DNA of 64,000 nucleotides from a virus: IMG/VR virus record IMGVR_UViG_3300045973_001103, positions 2,413 to 66,412 of that record; one strand, 5' to 3'. Shown piece by piece: positions 55,612 to 64,000 of this stretch (position 1 is its first letter; each line of letters starts with the position of its first letter). The notes under the pieces were generated by a model. It saw only the letters and a program-made list of their open reading frames with translations, ran no database searches and was not told where the DNA came from. The position numbers and the translations under genes were made by a program.

Positions 55612-57834
55612 ATGGCGAAGAAAGAATTAACCGTGGGCACCGACGTGACCCGCAAAGAAACCGGACAGATAGGTAAGATCATGAACATGTACTCGGGGAA
55701 TTACATCGTCGAGCTGTCAAGCGGCGATACTACCCGGCACGAGACCCGCATCGTGTCACCTGCCGTCATGGACACCGACTACAGCGTAGGCAAGAAGTCC
55801 GCCTCGTTCGTAGTGAACGCCGACGAAGAAGCCGCTTTCCAGCAGCAGAAAGACATCTGGACCAAGGGCATCTACAACCTGATGATAAAGTACATCGGCG
55901 CCACTTCACCGATACCTCCGTCAGAAGAGTGCATCGGCGCAATCTACACCTTCGCTAAAGACGCGGCCAACGACATCGCCGTCTCCCGCTCCGGAGAGGT
56001 TTTCACCAATGCGATGCAGACCTTCGTGGACAACAGCGCCCGCTCCAAGACCTCCTACGCACGCCAGGCTGCCGACAGGGCCTACCAGGAACTCCTCGCT
56101 TCAGTGAAGGGAGATCCGGCGGCCGAGCAGCAGGTTACCGCGATGTACCAGAAGCAGATGGAAGCGCTCAAGGAGAAGGAAGGCGAAGCCCGCCAGTCCG
56201 CCTCCACTGTGAAGCCGACCGACTACGCCGACCAGGGTTATATGGAACGCGTGGCCCAGGCCATCTGGATCGCCACCGACATAAAGCCTCGCATAGAGGC
56301 CATGATCTCCAACGCGGCCACCGAGGCCGGCACAGACCCCTCGGCCGTCATGGAACAGCCTGTACCTCCGGGTGAGCAGGAACTGGCCACTATCGCCAAG
56401 ACCAACCCGGAAGCTGCCCAGAAGCTGTCCGATCGCTACAACCAGCAGATCGAAGCCCTGCAGCCGGTCGCCATCCGCATGAAGCAGCTCCTGAAGTCCT
56501 CCGAAGAGCTGAAGGCCATGTGGAGCGTGCTGCCGCAGAACACCGCGGCCCGCGTCATCCAGAACATCAACAAGGCCTCCACCCCGGCCGAGATCCTGGC
56601 CTCGATCACGCACTTCGCCGTCAACACCCTGACAGCGCCTACAACCGGCACGCAGACCAAGCACAAGCGCCGCGAGCCCAAGATGCAGCAGTACGAGCGC
56701 GTGCATCCTTACGCGGTGGACCAGGCATACCCCGAGTTCGCCAACGTGTCCGATGTCCCGGAAGAGAAAGAGATGCTCGCCTTCCGCCGGCGCTTCCTTG
56801 ACGCCATCTGTTCAGAAGACACCGCGGGCGCGGAGAAGATCCTTGCCCAGATGGAGCAGGTGAAGACCGAGTACCAGACCGCCTACAGCGATCTGCTCCA
56901 GGGCGCTGACGCCCCCAAGCCCGGGGAAGCTAACCCGGAACTCAACTCCGCCCGCGACGAGTTCGCCAAGGCCATGATCGACGTTTCCCGCCAGACCAAG
57001 GAATGGGAAGGCCAGGCCAAAGAGCAGCTCCAGAAGGCCAAACCGCCGGAAAAGAAAAAGAAGTCCGAGGCAGCCGTCACATCCGGTTACGGCCCCGGCC
57101 AGCCGGTCAAGTACAAAGACCTGCCCGGAGTCCATTTCATCGTCAGCTACGATGATAACGACGCCCGCAAGCTGTACCTTATCGCCGAGAGCGACGTAAA
57201 CTCCCACGACCGCACCGAGCTGGTTGTCGCCAACATCGACGAGATCCAGGCCCTGCGCGTGTACAACATCGACATCGGTGACGTGGTGGATGCTTTCGGA
57301 TCAGTCGGCCGCGTGACCGACGCTTCAGCCAAAGATCTGGGCTACGTGTACGCCGAACTCCGCGGCGGCCAGATCGTACCCATCGAGCTCGCCAAGACCG
57401 CGACTCCGTGGCACTACGCCGAGCCGATAGAGATCACCCGGTGCGCCACTTGCGACGCCCCTGTATCTCACGGCGGCGAGCACAACTGTCCTTTCATCGG
57501 CCTGCCTATGATGGGTAAGCCCAAGGGGAAACCTGAAATGCCTACCGACGCAAAGAAAGACGAAAAGACGGCATCCATAGACCTCAACGCCGCGCTGGAA
57601 AGCCTCGACGTGGCCGCCACCTTCCCCGCCCCTGCCAAGGGTGTGGAAGTATACGAGGACGAGACCAACCAGATAGAGATAGGCTCGACCGTGAAGAAGT
57701 TCGGAACCATGATCACCGGCACCGTTGTAGGCTTCAAGCGCAACTGCCACGTGGTCGACTGGGAGAACGGCGTGACCGAGCCCTGCTGGCCGCAGGAGCT
57801 GGTTCTGGTGACCATACAGGAAGATGCAAATTAA
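55612..57834 (+). CDS. large putative virion protein with several SH3/KOW-like modules
   Basis: GAGGAG SD; VGTDV..., PGQPV..., IGDVV..., IGSTV... modules. Confidence 0.75.
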   Translation: MAKKELTVGTDVTRKETGQIGKIMNMYSGNYIVELSSGDTTRHETRIVSPAVMDTDYSVGKKSASFVVNADEEAAFQQQKDIWTKGIYNLMIKYIGATSPIPPSEECIGAIYTFAKDAANDIAVSRSGEVFTNAMQTFVDNSARSKTSYARQAADRAYQELLASVKGDPAAEQQVTAMYQKQMEALKEKEGEARQSASTVKPTDYADQGYMERVAQAIWIATDIKPRIEAMISNAATEAGTDPSAVMEQPVPPGEQELATIAKTNPEAAQKLSDRYNQQIEALQPVAIRMKQLLKSSEELKAMWSVLPQNTAARVIQNINKASTPAEILASITHFAVNTLTAPTTGTQTKHKRREPKMQQYERVHPYAVDQAYPEFANVSDVPEEKEMLAFRRRFLDAICSEDTAGAEKILAQMEQVKTEYQTAYSDLLQGADAPKPGEANPELNSARDEFAKAMIDVSRQTKEWEGQAKEQLQKAKPPEKKKKSEAAVTSGYGPGQPVKYKDLPGVHFIVSYDDNDARKLYLIAESDVNSHDRTELVVANIDEIQALRVYNIDIGDVVDAFGSVGRVTDASAKDLGYVYAELRGGQIVPIELAKTATPWHYAEPIEITRCATCDAPVSHGGEHNCPFIGLPMMGKPKGKPEMPTDAKKDEKTASIDLNAALESLDVAATFPAPAKGVEVYEDETNQIEIGSTVKKFGTMITGTVVGFKRNCHVVDWENGVTEPCWPQELVLVTIQEDAN

Positions 57835-58108
57835 GGTAACACTATCAAGCCAGCATTACCTGCTGGACGGGCTTATCTACTCCTCCACGAACGTGGGGGA
57901 TAGCCCGTTGGCGGTGATGTCGTCCCTGGCCGCCGGGGACGTGGAGCGCGCGGAGTTCGCCAAGAAGTTCAACCTGATACTCCCCGGCACCGCTGGCACA
58001 GTGGTCGGCACCACCTCGGTTCTCGGCGCCCCACGCTTCGCGGTCCTGTTCGAAGGCACAGCCGGCGTGGTTCCTGTTCCCGGTAAATTCTTAAGCCAGG
58101 TCGAATAA
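57824..58108 (+). CDS. hypothetical protein
   Basis: AGGA SD; overlaps upstream stop. Confidence 0.6.
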   Translation: MQIKVTLSSQHYLLDGLIYSSTNVGDSPLAVMSSLAAGDVERAEFAKKFNLILPGTAGTVVGTTSVLGAPRFAVLFEGTAGVVPVPGKFLSQVE

Positions 58109-58110
58109 CT

Positions 58111-59301
58111 ATGGGAAGCCAGTTTCCGAACCAGTACAACTCGCCAGGTTCCCCATGGGGCACCGCGCCCGGAGTTGTGGACGGCGAGTTCAAGGTTCTG
58201 AATACTACCGGTGGGCCGGCAGCCATCTACCAGGCAGGGCAGATCAAGGTGACCATGGTCGCCGGCCAGTACAACACGGTGCAGATCACGTGGCCCTCGG
58301 TCGCCGGGGCAGTCAGCTACTCGGTCTACACAGGCTTCAGCTTGTTCGTCAGCCAGGCAGAACTGAAGACCACGCAGCAGGCGACGACCTACGCCTACCA
58401 GTTCAACCCGACTGTACCCACCGACCTTATTGTGCAGGTGTGGGTGAAGGCCAACTACGCCGCGGCCGAGTCCGTGTACATCCAGTCGGAGCCGGCCAAC
58501 ATAGAGTCCAACAAGGACTTCTTCGCGCGCAAAGAGAACCCGCTCGAGACCGGGTACTCGGCGGTAGTGGGCGACAACGACTACATGCGCTTCTGCGCAG
58601 CTGAGATCCGCAGGCGTGCTATCCTGATGATCCAGAACGACGCTGAAGAGTTTATCGTCTACATGCGCCGCTGGTCAGGGGCATACTGTAACTGCAACCA
58701 GACCCAGGCCAACTTGGTCAGTGGCAACGACGCCATACAGGGCGAGCTGAACGACCCGAACAAGGGCATCGGCGCTGAACCAGACCTCTCGGCCGACCCG
58801 CAGGGTGACGCACTCTCTCGCTGCCCCAAATGCCTGGGCACCGGAATCATCGGCGGTTACTACTATGGCATCGGCACGCTGTTGCGCTACGGCAACCTGC
58901 CACCGCGGGCGATCATCTACAAGAACTTCGCGATCGACCTGCCACACAATTTTAACACGTGGACTGTCTGGGAACCGAAGCTCCACGAGCATGATCTTGT
59001 TCGTCGGGTGAAGACAGCAGAGGTGTTCGAAGTCACCAACCCGGCTCGCGGCGAATGGCGCGGAGTTCCTTTCCACCAGGAAGCGAACTTGAAACTACTG
59101 CCTCCCGGAGATGCCCGGTATCTTGTCACAGACGGTATCATCCAGAAGGCCCTTGGACAGTACGGAACCCTGGACACATACAATGGCACACCACTCGTCA
59201 ATGGCCAGATCGCTCGCCGCGTTGAAGATTCAGTTGTTAACGGCGGCAGCGCGGAGTCTGCTTCAGATGTTATCATCGGCGGCGGCGGCGCAGGGGATTA
59301 A
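58111..59301 (+). CDS. putative head-closure/neck protein with Zn finger
   Basis: RRWSGAYCNC...CPKCLGTGIIGGY; FN3-like N-terminus. Confidence 0.65.
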   Translation: MGSQFPNQYNSPGSPWGTAPGVVDGEFKVLNTTGGPAAIYQAGQIKVTMVAGQYNTVQITWPSVAGAVSYSVYTGFSLFVSQAELKTTQQATTYAYQFNPTVPTDLIVQVWVKANYAAAESVYIQSEPANIESNKDFFARKENPLETGYSAVVGDNDYMRFCAAEIRRRAILMIQNDAEEFIVYMRRWSGAYCNCNQTQANLVSGNDAIQGELNDPNKGIGAEPDLSADPQGDALSRCPKCLGTGIIGGYYYGIGTLLRYGNLPPRAIIYKNFAIDLPHNFNTWTVWEPKLHEHDLVRRVKTAEVFEVTNPARGEWRGVPFHQEANLKLLPPGDARYLVTDGIIQKALGQYGTLDTYNGTPLVNGQIARRVEDSVVNGGSAESASDVIIGGGGAGD

Positions 59302-59314
59302 CAAGGTATATTAT

Positions 59315-59683
59315 ATGGCTGTCAAAATACAAAACCGTGCGGACACGAAGCTCAACTGGGAAACCAACAACCCCATCCTTGCGATGGGCGAGATCGGTTA
59401 CGACACCGACTCCAACGCCATTAAGATCGGCAATGGTGTGGACCGCTGGCTGGTGCTCCCTTATATCACCAACGCCAATGGGATGACCCCGCCGGTCATA
59501 ACCACAGTCCAGCGCGACGCGATACCGGCTCCTACACTGGGGCTCACAATTTTCAACTCGGACACGCTCTCGCTTGAGTCTTACAACGGCTATGGCTGGA
59601 GCGTTCCCGGCGGTGATATACAGTGGGATGGCGGCTCCGCATTCCTTGCGGGCGGCACAATAATCGATGGAGGATACGCATAA
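59315..59683 (+). CDS. Mtd-N-like fibre attachment domain protein
   Basis: IQNR...W...[14 protein letters not shown]...KIGNG...W..LPY. Confidence 0.78.
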   Translation: MAVKIQNRADTKLNWETNNPILAMGEIGYDTDSNAIKIGNGVDRWLVLPYITNANGMTPPVITTVQRDAIPAPTLGLTIFNSDTLSLESYNGYGWSVPGGDIQWDGGSAFLAGGTIIDGGYA

Positions 59684-61428
59684 TGTCTGTCAGAATACAA
59701 ATTCGCAGGGATCTCGCAGCCAACTGGACCACCGCCAACCCGAAGCTCTTGCTCGCCGAGGCAGGGTTGGAGATCGACACTAACAAGCTCAAGTACGGTG
59801 ATAATCTCCACTACTGGAATGACCTTCCTTATTTCGCAGGCGGCGCTACCGGCGCAGGACCTGGCGCTACCGGCGCAACCGGGGCTACCGGATCAGCTGG
59901 CGCAACCGGCGCGGCCGGAGTCACCGGAGCTGCCTCAACAGTCCCCGGGCCTACGGGATCCACAGGACCCCAGGGCCTTCAGGGTCTTCAGGGCGGAGAC
60001 GGCGCACAGGGCGCTGCTGGCCCCACAGGCGCACAAGGCAACGTAGGTCCCACAGGCGCGACCGGCGCCCAGGGCGGAGACGGAGCAAACGGATCTACCG
60101 GACCTACTGGCGCACAGGGCATAGCTGGCCCAGCAGGGGCCACAGGTGCACAGGGATCTGATGGTTCCAACGGAGCTACCGGGGCCGCTGGCGCAACAGG
60201 CGCCGCATCCACCGTTCCCGGACCCACTGGGGCCCAGGGCTCTGACGGCGCGGCCGGCGCGACAGGCGCGACGGGCGCTACCGGTGCAGCTTCTTCAGTA
60301 GCCGGGCCTACCGGCCCGCAGGGATCAGACGGCGTGGCCGGCGCGACAGGTGCTACCGGAGCGGCCTCCACGGTCCCCGGCCCCACAGGAGCCCAGGGTT
60401 TTCCTGGCCCTGTAGGTCCTCGCGGCACCACCGGTGTCACCGGAGCAGATTCCAATATACCTGGACCTACCGGAGCCCAAGGCGGTGACGGCGCAATAGG
60501 TTCTACTGGCGCGACGGGCGCTACCGGAGCAGCTTCCGTGGTCCCCGGCCCCACCGGGGCCCAGGGTTCTGACGGTGCCGTAGGGTCTCAAGGCCCTACC
60601 GGAGCAACCGGCGCAGATTCATTAGTCGCAGGACCCACGGGTGCACAGGGTTCTGATGGCGCGGCCGGCGCGACAGGCGCGACGGGCGCTACCGGAGCGG
60701 CCTCTGTCGTTCCCGGACCTACCGGAGCCACCGGCAACGCGGGCGCGCAGGGCGCCACAGGCATAGGCATCACCGGACCCCAGGGTAATCAGGGTGTAGC
60801 CGGCCCCACAGGCCCCCAGGGACAGCAGGGCATCCAGGGTGTCCAGGGCGATCTCGGACCTACCGGACCCCAGGGCGTACAGGGGCTTCAGGGTAACCCC
60901 GGAACTCCCGGAGCCGCGGGCGCAACAGGAGCCACCGGAGTCGGAGTATCCGGCGCGACAGGTGCTACCGGCCCCGCGGGGGCCACAGGCGCTACCGGAG
61001 TGGGCGTCACCGGCGCAACCGGAGCAGGCACAGGCTTGATCATCAGGCCGATAACCTTCAGCGGAACCGCACGCATGGTTCTGGTCGCAGCCGGTAGCTC
61101 GGCCGACGTTAACGCGATCGGGGTCACGTTCACCGGTGGCAACACCGTGGCGATCACCGGAGTCACCGGCACTGCCCAGCTGCAGTCCATGACCCTGTCT
61201 TACGACGCCAACGTGAATGCCAGCACCGGGGTCACCATCACCTACCCTGAAATAGGCGGCGTGGCTGCTCTGGCTGGATCTCAGTTCCCTATATTCATAC
61301 CTTATGGGGCCACCAATGTCATCGGAGCGATAACCGCGATCACCATCACCAACACCGCGGGAGTTATGTCGATCGCGAAGACGGGGCTCGCAACTAACGC
61401 GGCCGGAACGTTCCGGGTGCAATTCTAA
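59683..61428 (+). CDS. collagen-like fibre protein with Mtd-N-like N-terminus
   Basis: IQIRRD...NPKL...E.GLEIDT.KLKYGD...WNDLPY, then long Gly-X-Y tract and beta-rich C-terminus. Confidence 0.88.
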   Translation: MSVRIQIRRDLAANWTTANPKLLLAEAGLEIDTNKLKYGDNLHYWNDLPYFAGGATGAGPGATGATGATGSAGATGAAGVTGAASTVPGPTGSTGPQGLQGLQGGDGAQGAAGPTGAQGNVGPTGATGAQGGDGANGSTGPTGAQGIAGPAGATGAQGSDGSNGATGAAGATGAASTVPGPTGAQGSDGAAGATGATGATGAASSVAGPTGPQGSDGVAGATGATGAASTVPGPTGAQGFPGPVGPRGTTGVTGADSNIPGPTGAQGGDGAIGSTGATGATGAASVVPGPTGAQGSDGAVGSQGPTGATGADSLVAGPTGAQGSDGAAGATGATGATGAASVVPGPTGATGNAGAQGATGIGITGPQGNQGVAGPTGPQGQQGIQGVQGDLGPTGPQGVQGLQGNPGTPGAAGATGATGVGVSGATGATGPAGATGATGVGVTGATGAGTGLIIRPITFSGTARMVLVAAGSSADVNAIGVTFTGGNTVAITGVTGTAQLQSMTLSYDANVNASTGVTITYPEIGGVAALAGSQFPIFIPYGATNVIGAITAITITNTAGVMSIAKTGLATNAAGTFRVQF

Positions 61429-61449
61429 TCACGGCTCAAGAGGTAAATC

Positions 61450-64000
61450 ATGGCAATCCCGATATTCAACGCGAAGGTCAATCTGTCCAACTCAACACCG
61501 TTCAGCGCGAACGAGTTCGACATAGATCTCTCCCTCGTCGACGCAGAGGGCGTATTCTCCGGCAATGACATCGCTATCGGGGATTTCATATTCCTGGATA
61601 CCAGCGGTTTCACCCCAGGTACTGTGAGCCGGTACCGGGTGGAGTCCATTGCAGCGCAGAGTGCGTTCACCGCATCTGTGCGCGTGGTGTTCCATGACAA
61701 CAACGACGTGGTTGATCCCGCATACGCGCTCGGAATAGACGGATTCATCTGCCGCCCCACCGCGGCCAAGCAGCTCGCCATACTCCCGTCAATCGGAATC
61801 CAGGGACTGCCTGACAAACTGACCACATACGCGGTCAACGCCGAGTACTCCACCACCCTCGATCAGCTTGTTGCCGGGCCCACCGGGACTACCGGCGTGG
61901 CTGGGGCGACGGGATCTCAAGGTAACACCGGTGTAGGGCTGCAGGGTCCTACCGGCGCGGCCGGGGCGCCAGGTGCGGACGGAGCTACCGGGCCGCAGGG
62001 CGTACAGGGCAGCCAGGGCGTAACAGGTGTTCAGGGAACTCCCGGAACCACTGGCCCACAGGGTGCTACCGGCGTGCAGGGCATGGGTTTCAAGATCTCC
62101 CAGAACTTCCCGAATGATGCGGCTATGTTCGCGTCCGATGGCGCAGGTATGGTCGCAGGCGAGTTCGCCATCATCATACAGCCTGAAGGGTACACTGGCC
62201 CCAACCCGGAAGAGAATGGGGAACTGTATCTCTGGGACGGCGTAACATTTAATTTCACGGCGGACATGAGCATCCAGGGCCTTCAGGGCCCACAGGGCAT
62301 CCAGGGCGTGCAGGGTCTGCAGGGCGCCACTGGCCCGCAAGGTACACAGGGCATCCAGGGCATCCAGGGCATCCAGGGCATCCAGGGCGTGACCGGGGCA
62401 ACCGGCAGCCAGGGCGCGCAGGGAAATGTAGGTTCCACCGGAGCAACCGGCGCGGACTCCATTGTCGCCGGCCCCACTGGTGCGGCCGGAGCTGCCGGAG
62501 TGACAGGCGCCACAGGCGTTCAGGGCATTGCCGGGCACACAGGTGCGACCGGAGCCACCGGCACCGCCGGCACCAACGGAACTAACGGCGCAACCGGGAC
62601 AACCGGAGCTACCGGGACCAACGGAATTAACGGGGTGACCGGAGCAACCGGATCAGCCGGAAGTGTAGGATCACAGGGGCCTACCGGACCCCAGGGCGTA
62701 GAAGGTCTTCAGGGCATACAGGGAATCCAAGGCGTACAAGGCCCCGCCGGCTCTACCGGGCCGCAGGGCATTCAGGGCGTGGCCGGAAACAATGGTGCTA
62801 CAGGCGCTACCGGAGCGGCAGGTGCCACAGGCACTGGAGCAACCGGGCCCACTGGCGCTGACGGCGCGTTGAACGCACTGCCTCTGGCTGGAGGCACATT
62901 AACTGGGCCCCTCTATATCAAAGGAGCCACGGCCGCCAGTGCGTCTATCACCATGCTGCCTCGCGTACAGGTTGTTAATCCTGACAGCTGGGGCACAGTA
63001 TCAGGGATGACTGGTGCGTGGCGCGGCGGAGCATACTCCCCTACGCTTCAAATATATGTTGTCGTAGGCAACTCCGGAGGCATAAGAACATCCCCTGACG
63101 GAGTAACCTGGGCTTCGCAGACGTCACCTGATGCTACTGCCAACTGGCAGAACGTTATGTGGGATGCGGTCGCGGCCAAGTTCATTGCAGTAGGTACCAA
63201 AGGCACCAGCGGCTACAACGTAATGACATCTACCAATGGCACCGCGTGGGTAGGTTCTGCTACACCCACAAACACTCTTGCGCTGGTCGGAATAGCCACT
63301 AACGGCACCCGCATAGTTGTGACAGGAACAACCGGAGCATCTGCTTACTCCGACGACCATGGTACCAGCTGGACAGAGAACGCGTCTACCGGACCGCAAG
63401 CCTGGGGTAACGTGGTATGGTCAGCTGACCTGGCGTTGTTTGCCACTGTGGCCACTTCCGGAGCGGTCAACAATATCGCCAGCGGCAATGGAACTTCGTG
63501 GAACGTGCTCACACTGGATGGCGTGCGTACGTGCCGTGCCATTGCGTGCAAGCCCGGCACCCCGCCAATGTTCGTGATCGCCACCACAACGGCCGGATAT
63601 TTTGCCTGGTCAAATAACCTCACAAGCTGGACGGTATACACAACAGGGGCAGCAGTACCCGCCACCACTCTGATATACGCTGATGGTGTTGGTGTGAATA
63701 AGTTCATCGGTGTGGCTTACAATAACATTGCAGGTCAGTCACGCACGCTGTGGTCCTCCGACGGGCTTAACTGGACCTACACACCCCTGGCCTTGCAGGG
63801 TGCCGGCGTCGCGCTCTACCACGGTTGGGCGAAAGAAACCAGCAGGATGTTCGGCGGAACCACATCAGCTAACGTGTTTCTGTACACCAACTGGATGATG
63901 ATAGCGACAGAGGACGTGCAAGGTAATATTAACGCAACAAGCTTCACTGTCAACGGCGTGCCATTATCTGGAGGAGCAGCAGGCGCGACGGGCGCTACCG
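61450..64000 (+). CDS. collagen-like tail fibre with BNR/Asp-box domain (partial, runs off right edge)
   Basis: GAGGT SD, MAIPIFNAKV...; Gly-X-Y tracts about 61875-62860; SPDGVTW, STNGTAW, SDDHGTSW, SSDGLNW repeats; only partly hand-translated. Confidence 0.82.
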   Translation, partial: MAIPIFNAKVNLSNSTPFSANEFDIDLSLVDAEGVFSGNDIAIGDFIFLDTSGFTPGTVSRYRVESIAAQSAFTASVRVVFHDNNDVVDPAYALGIDGFICRPTAAKQLAILPSIGIQGLPDKLTTYAVNAEYSTTLDQLVAGPTGTTGVAGATGSQGNTGVGLQGPTGAAGAPGADGATGPQGVQGSQGVTGVQGTPGTTGPQGATGVQGMGFKISQNFPNDAAMFASDGAGMVAGEFAIIIQPEGYTGPNPEENGELYLWDGVTFNFTADMSIQGLQGPQGIQGVQGLQGATGPQGTQGIQGIQGIQGIQGVTGATGSQGAQGNVGSTGATGADSIVAGPTGAAGAAGVTGATGVQGIAGHTGATGATGTAGTNGTNGATGTTGATGTNGINGVTGATGSAGSVGSQGPTGPQGVEGLQGIQGIQGVQGPAGSTGPQGIQGVAGNNGATGATGAAGATGTGATGPTGADGALNALPLAGGTLTGPLYIKGATAASASITMLPRVQVVNPDSWGTVSGMTGAWRGGAYSPTLQIYVVVGNSGGIRTSPDGVTWASQTSPDATANWQNVMWDAVAAKFIAVGTKGTSGYNVMTSTNGTAWVGSATPTNTLALVGIATNGTRIVVTGTTGASAYSDDHGTSWTENASTGPQAWGNVVWSADLALFATVATSGAVNNIASGNGTSWNVLTLDGVRTCRAIACKPGTPPMFVIATTTAGYFAWSNNLTSWTVYTTGAAVPATTLIYADGVGVNKFIGVAYNNIAGQSRTLWSSDGLNWTYTPLALQGAGVALYHGWAKETSRMFGGTTSANVFLYTNWMMIATEDVQGNINATSFTVNGVPLSGGAAGATGAT
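62347..62388 (+). repeat. 9-nt tandem repeat (CAGGGCATC)x4+
   Basis: Encodes (QGI)n inside the collagen tract. Confidence 0.85.

Noticed and set aside
59315-61428. Diversity-generating retroelement suggested by Mtd-N-like domains
   Set aside because: No reverse transcriptase and no template/variable repeat pair with adenine-specific mismatches seen; Mtd-N is a common fibre attachment domain.
1-64000. Stop-codon reassignment or tRNA genes
   Set aside because: Genes tile densely under the standard code using all three stops; no cloverleaf recognised by eye (tRNAscan-SE not run).

Overview
A 64-kb segment of a large, GC-rich tailed dsDNA bacteriophage genome; no rRNA, tRNA, CRISPR array or integrase was seen. 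Layout: (1) 1-4032, a leftward operon of small, overlapping, often Cys-rich ORFs headed by a radical SAM gene; (2) about 4033-5262, a mostly non-coding control region with three sigma70-type promoters and many inverted repeats; (3) 5263-29450, a rightward early/replication arm (MmcB-like nuclease, DNA methyltransferase, GroEL-like protein, YopX, dNMP kinase, RuvC, DnaC, DnaB, split primase, RecA, SbcCD, phosphoesterase, nucleotidase, UDG-fused PolA, NusG-like factor, HTH protein); (4) 29451-64000, a late/virion arm with a repeated GTATAAA-N4-TATA(G/T)TAATA motif (TerL, HNH, portal, prohead protease, scaffold, major capsid, putative head proteins, M15 peptidase, neck proteins, collagen-like fibres). 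Most notable: two early proteins that copy the predicted clip segment of the phage's own portal; a prfB-like +1 frameshift cassette (AGG CGG TCA CTT TAA C) in a late gene; a conserved C-terminal x-x-L-x-x-P-D-R-stop/ATGA junction on six genes; and several apparent pseudo-enzymes (chaperonin, AEP, Hint, UDG). All calls come from motif recognition by eye; no database search or folding program was run.
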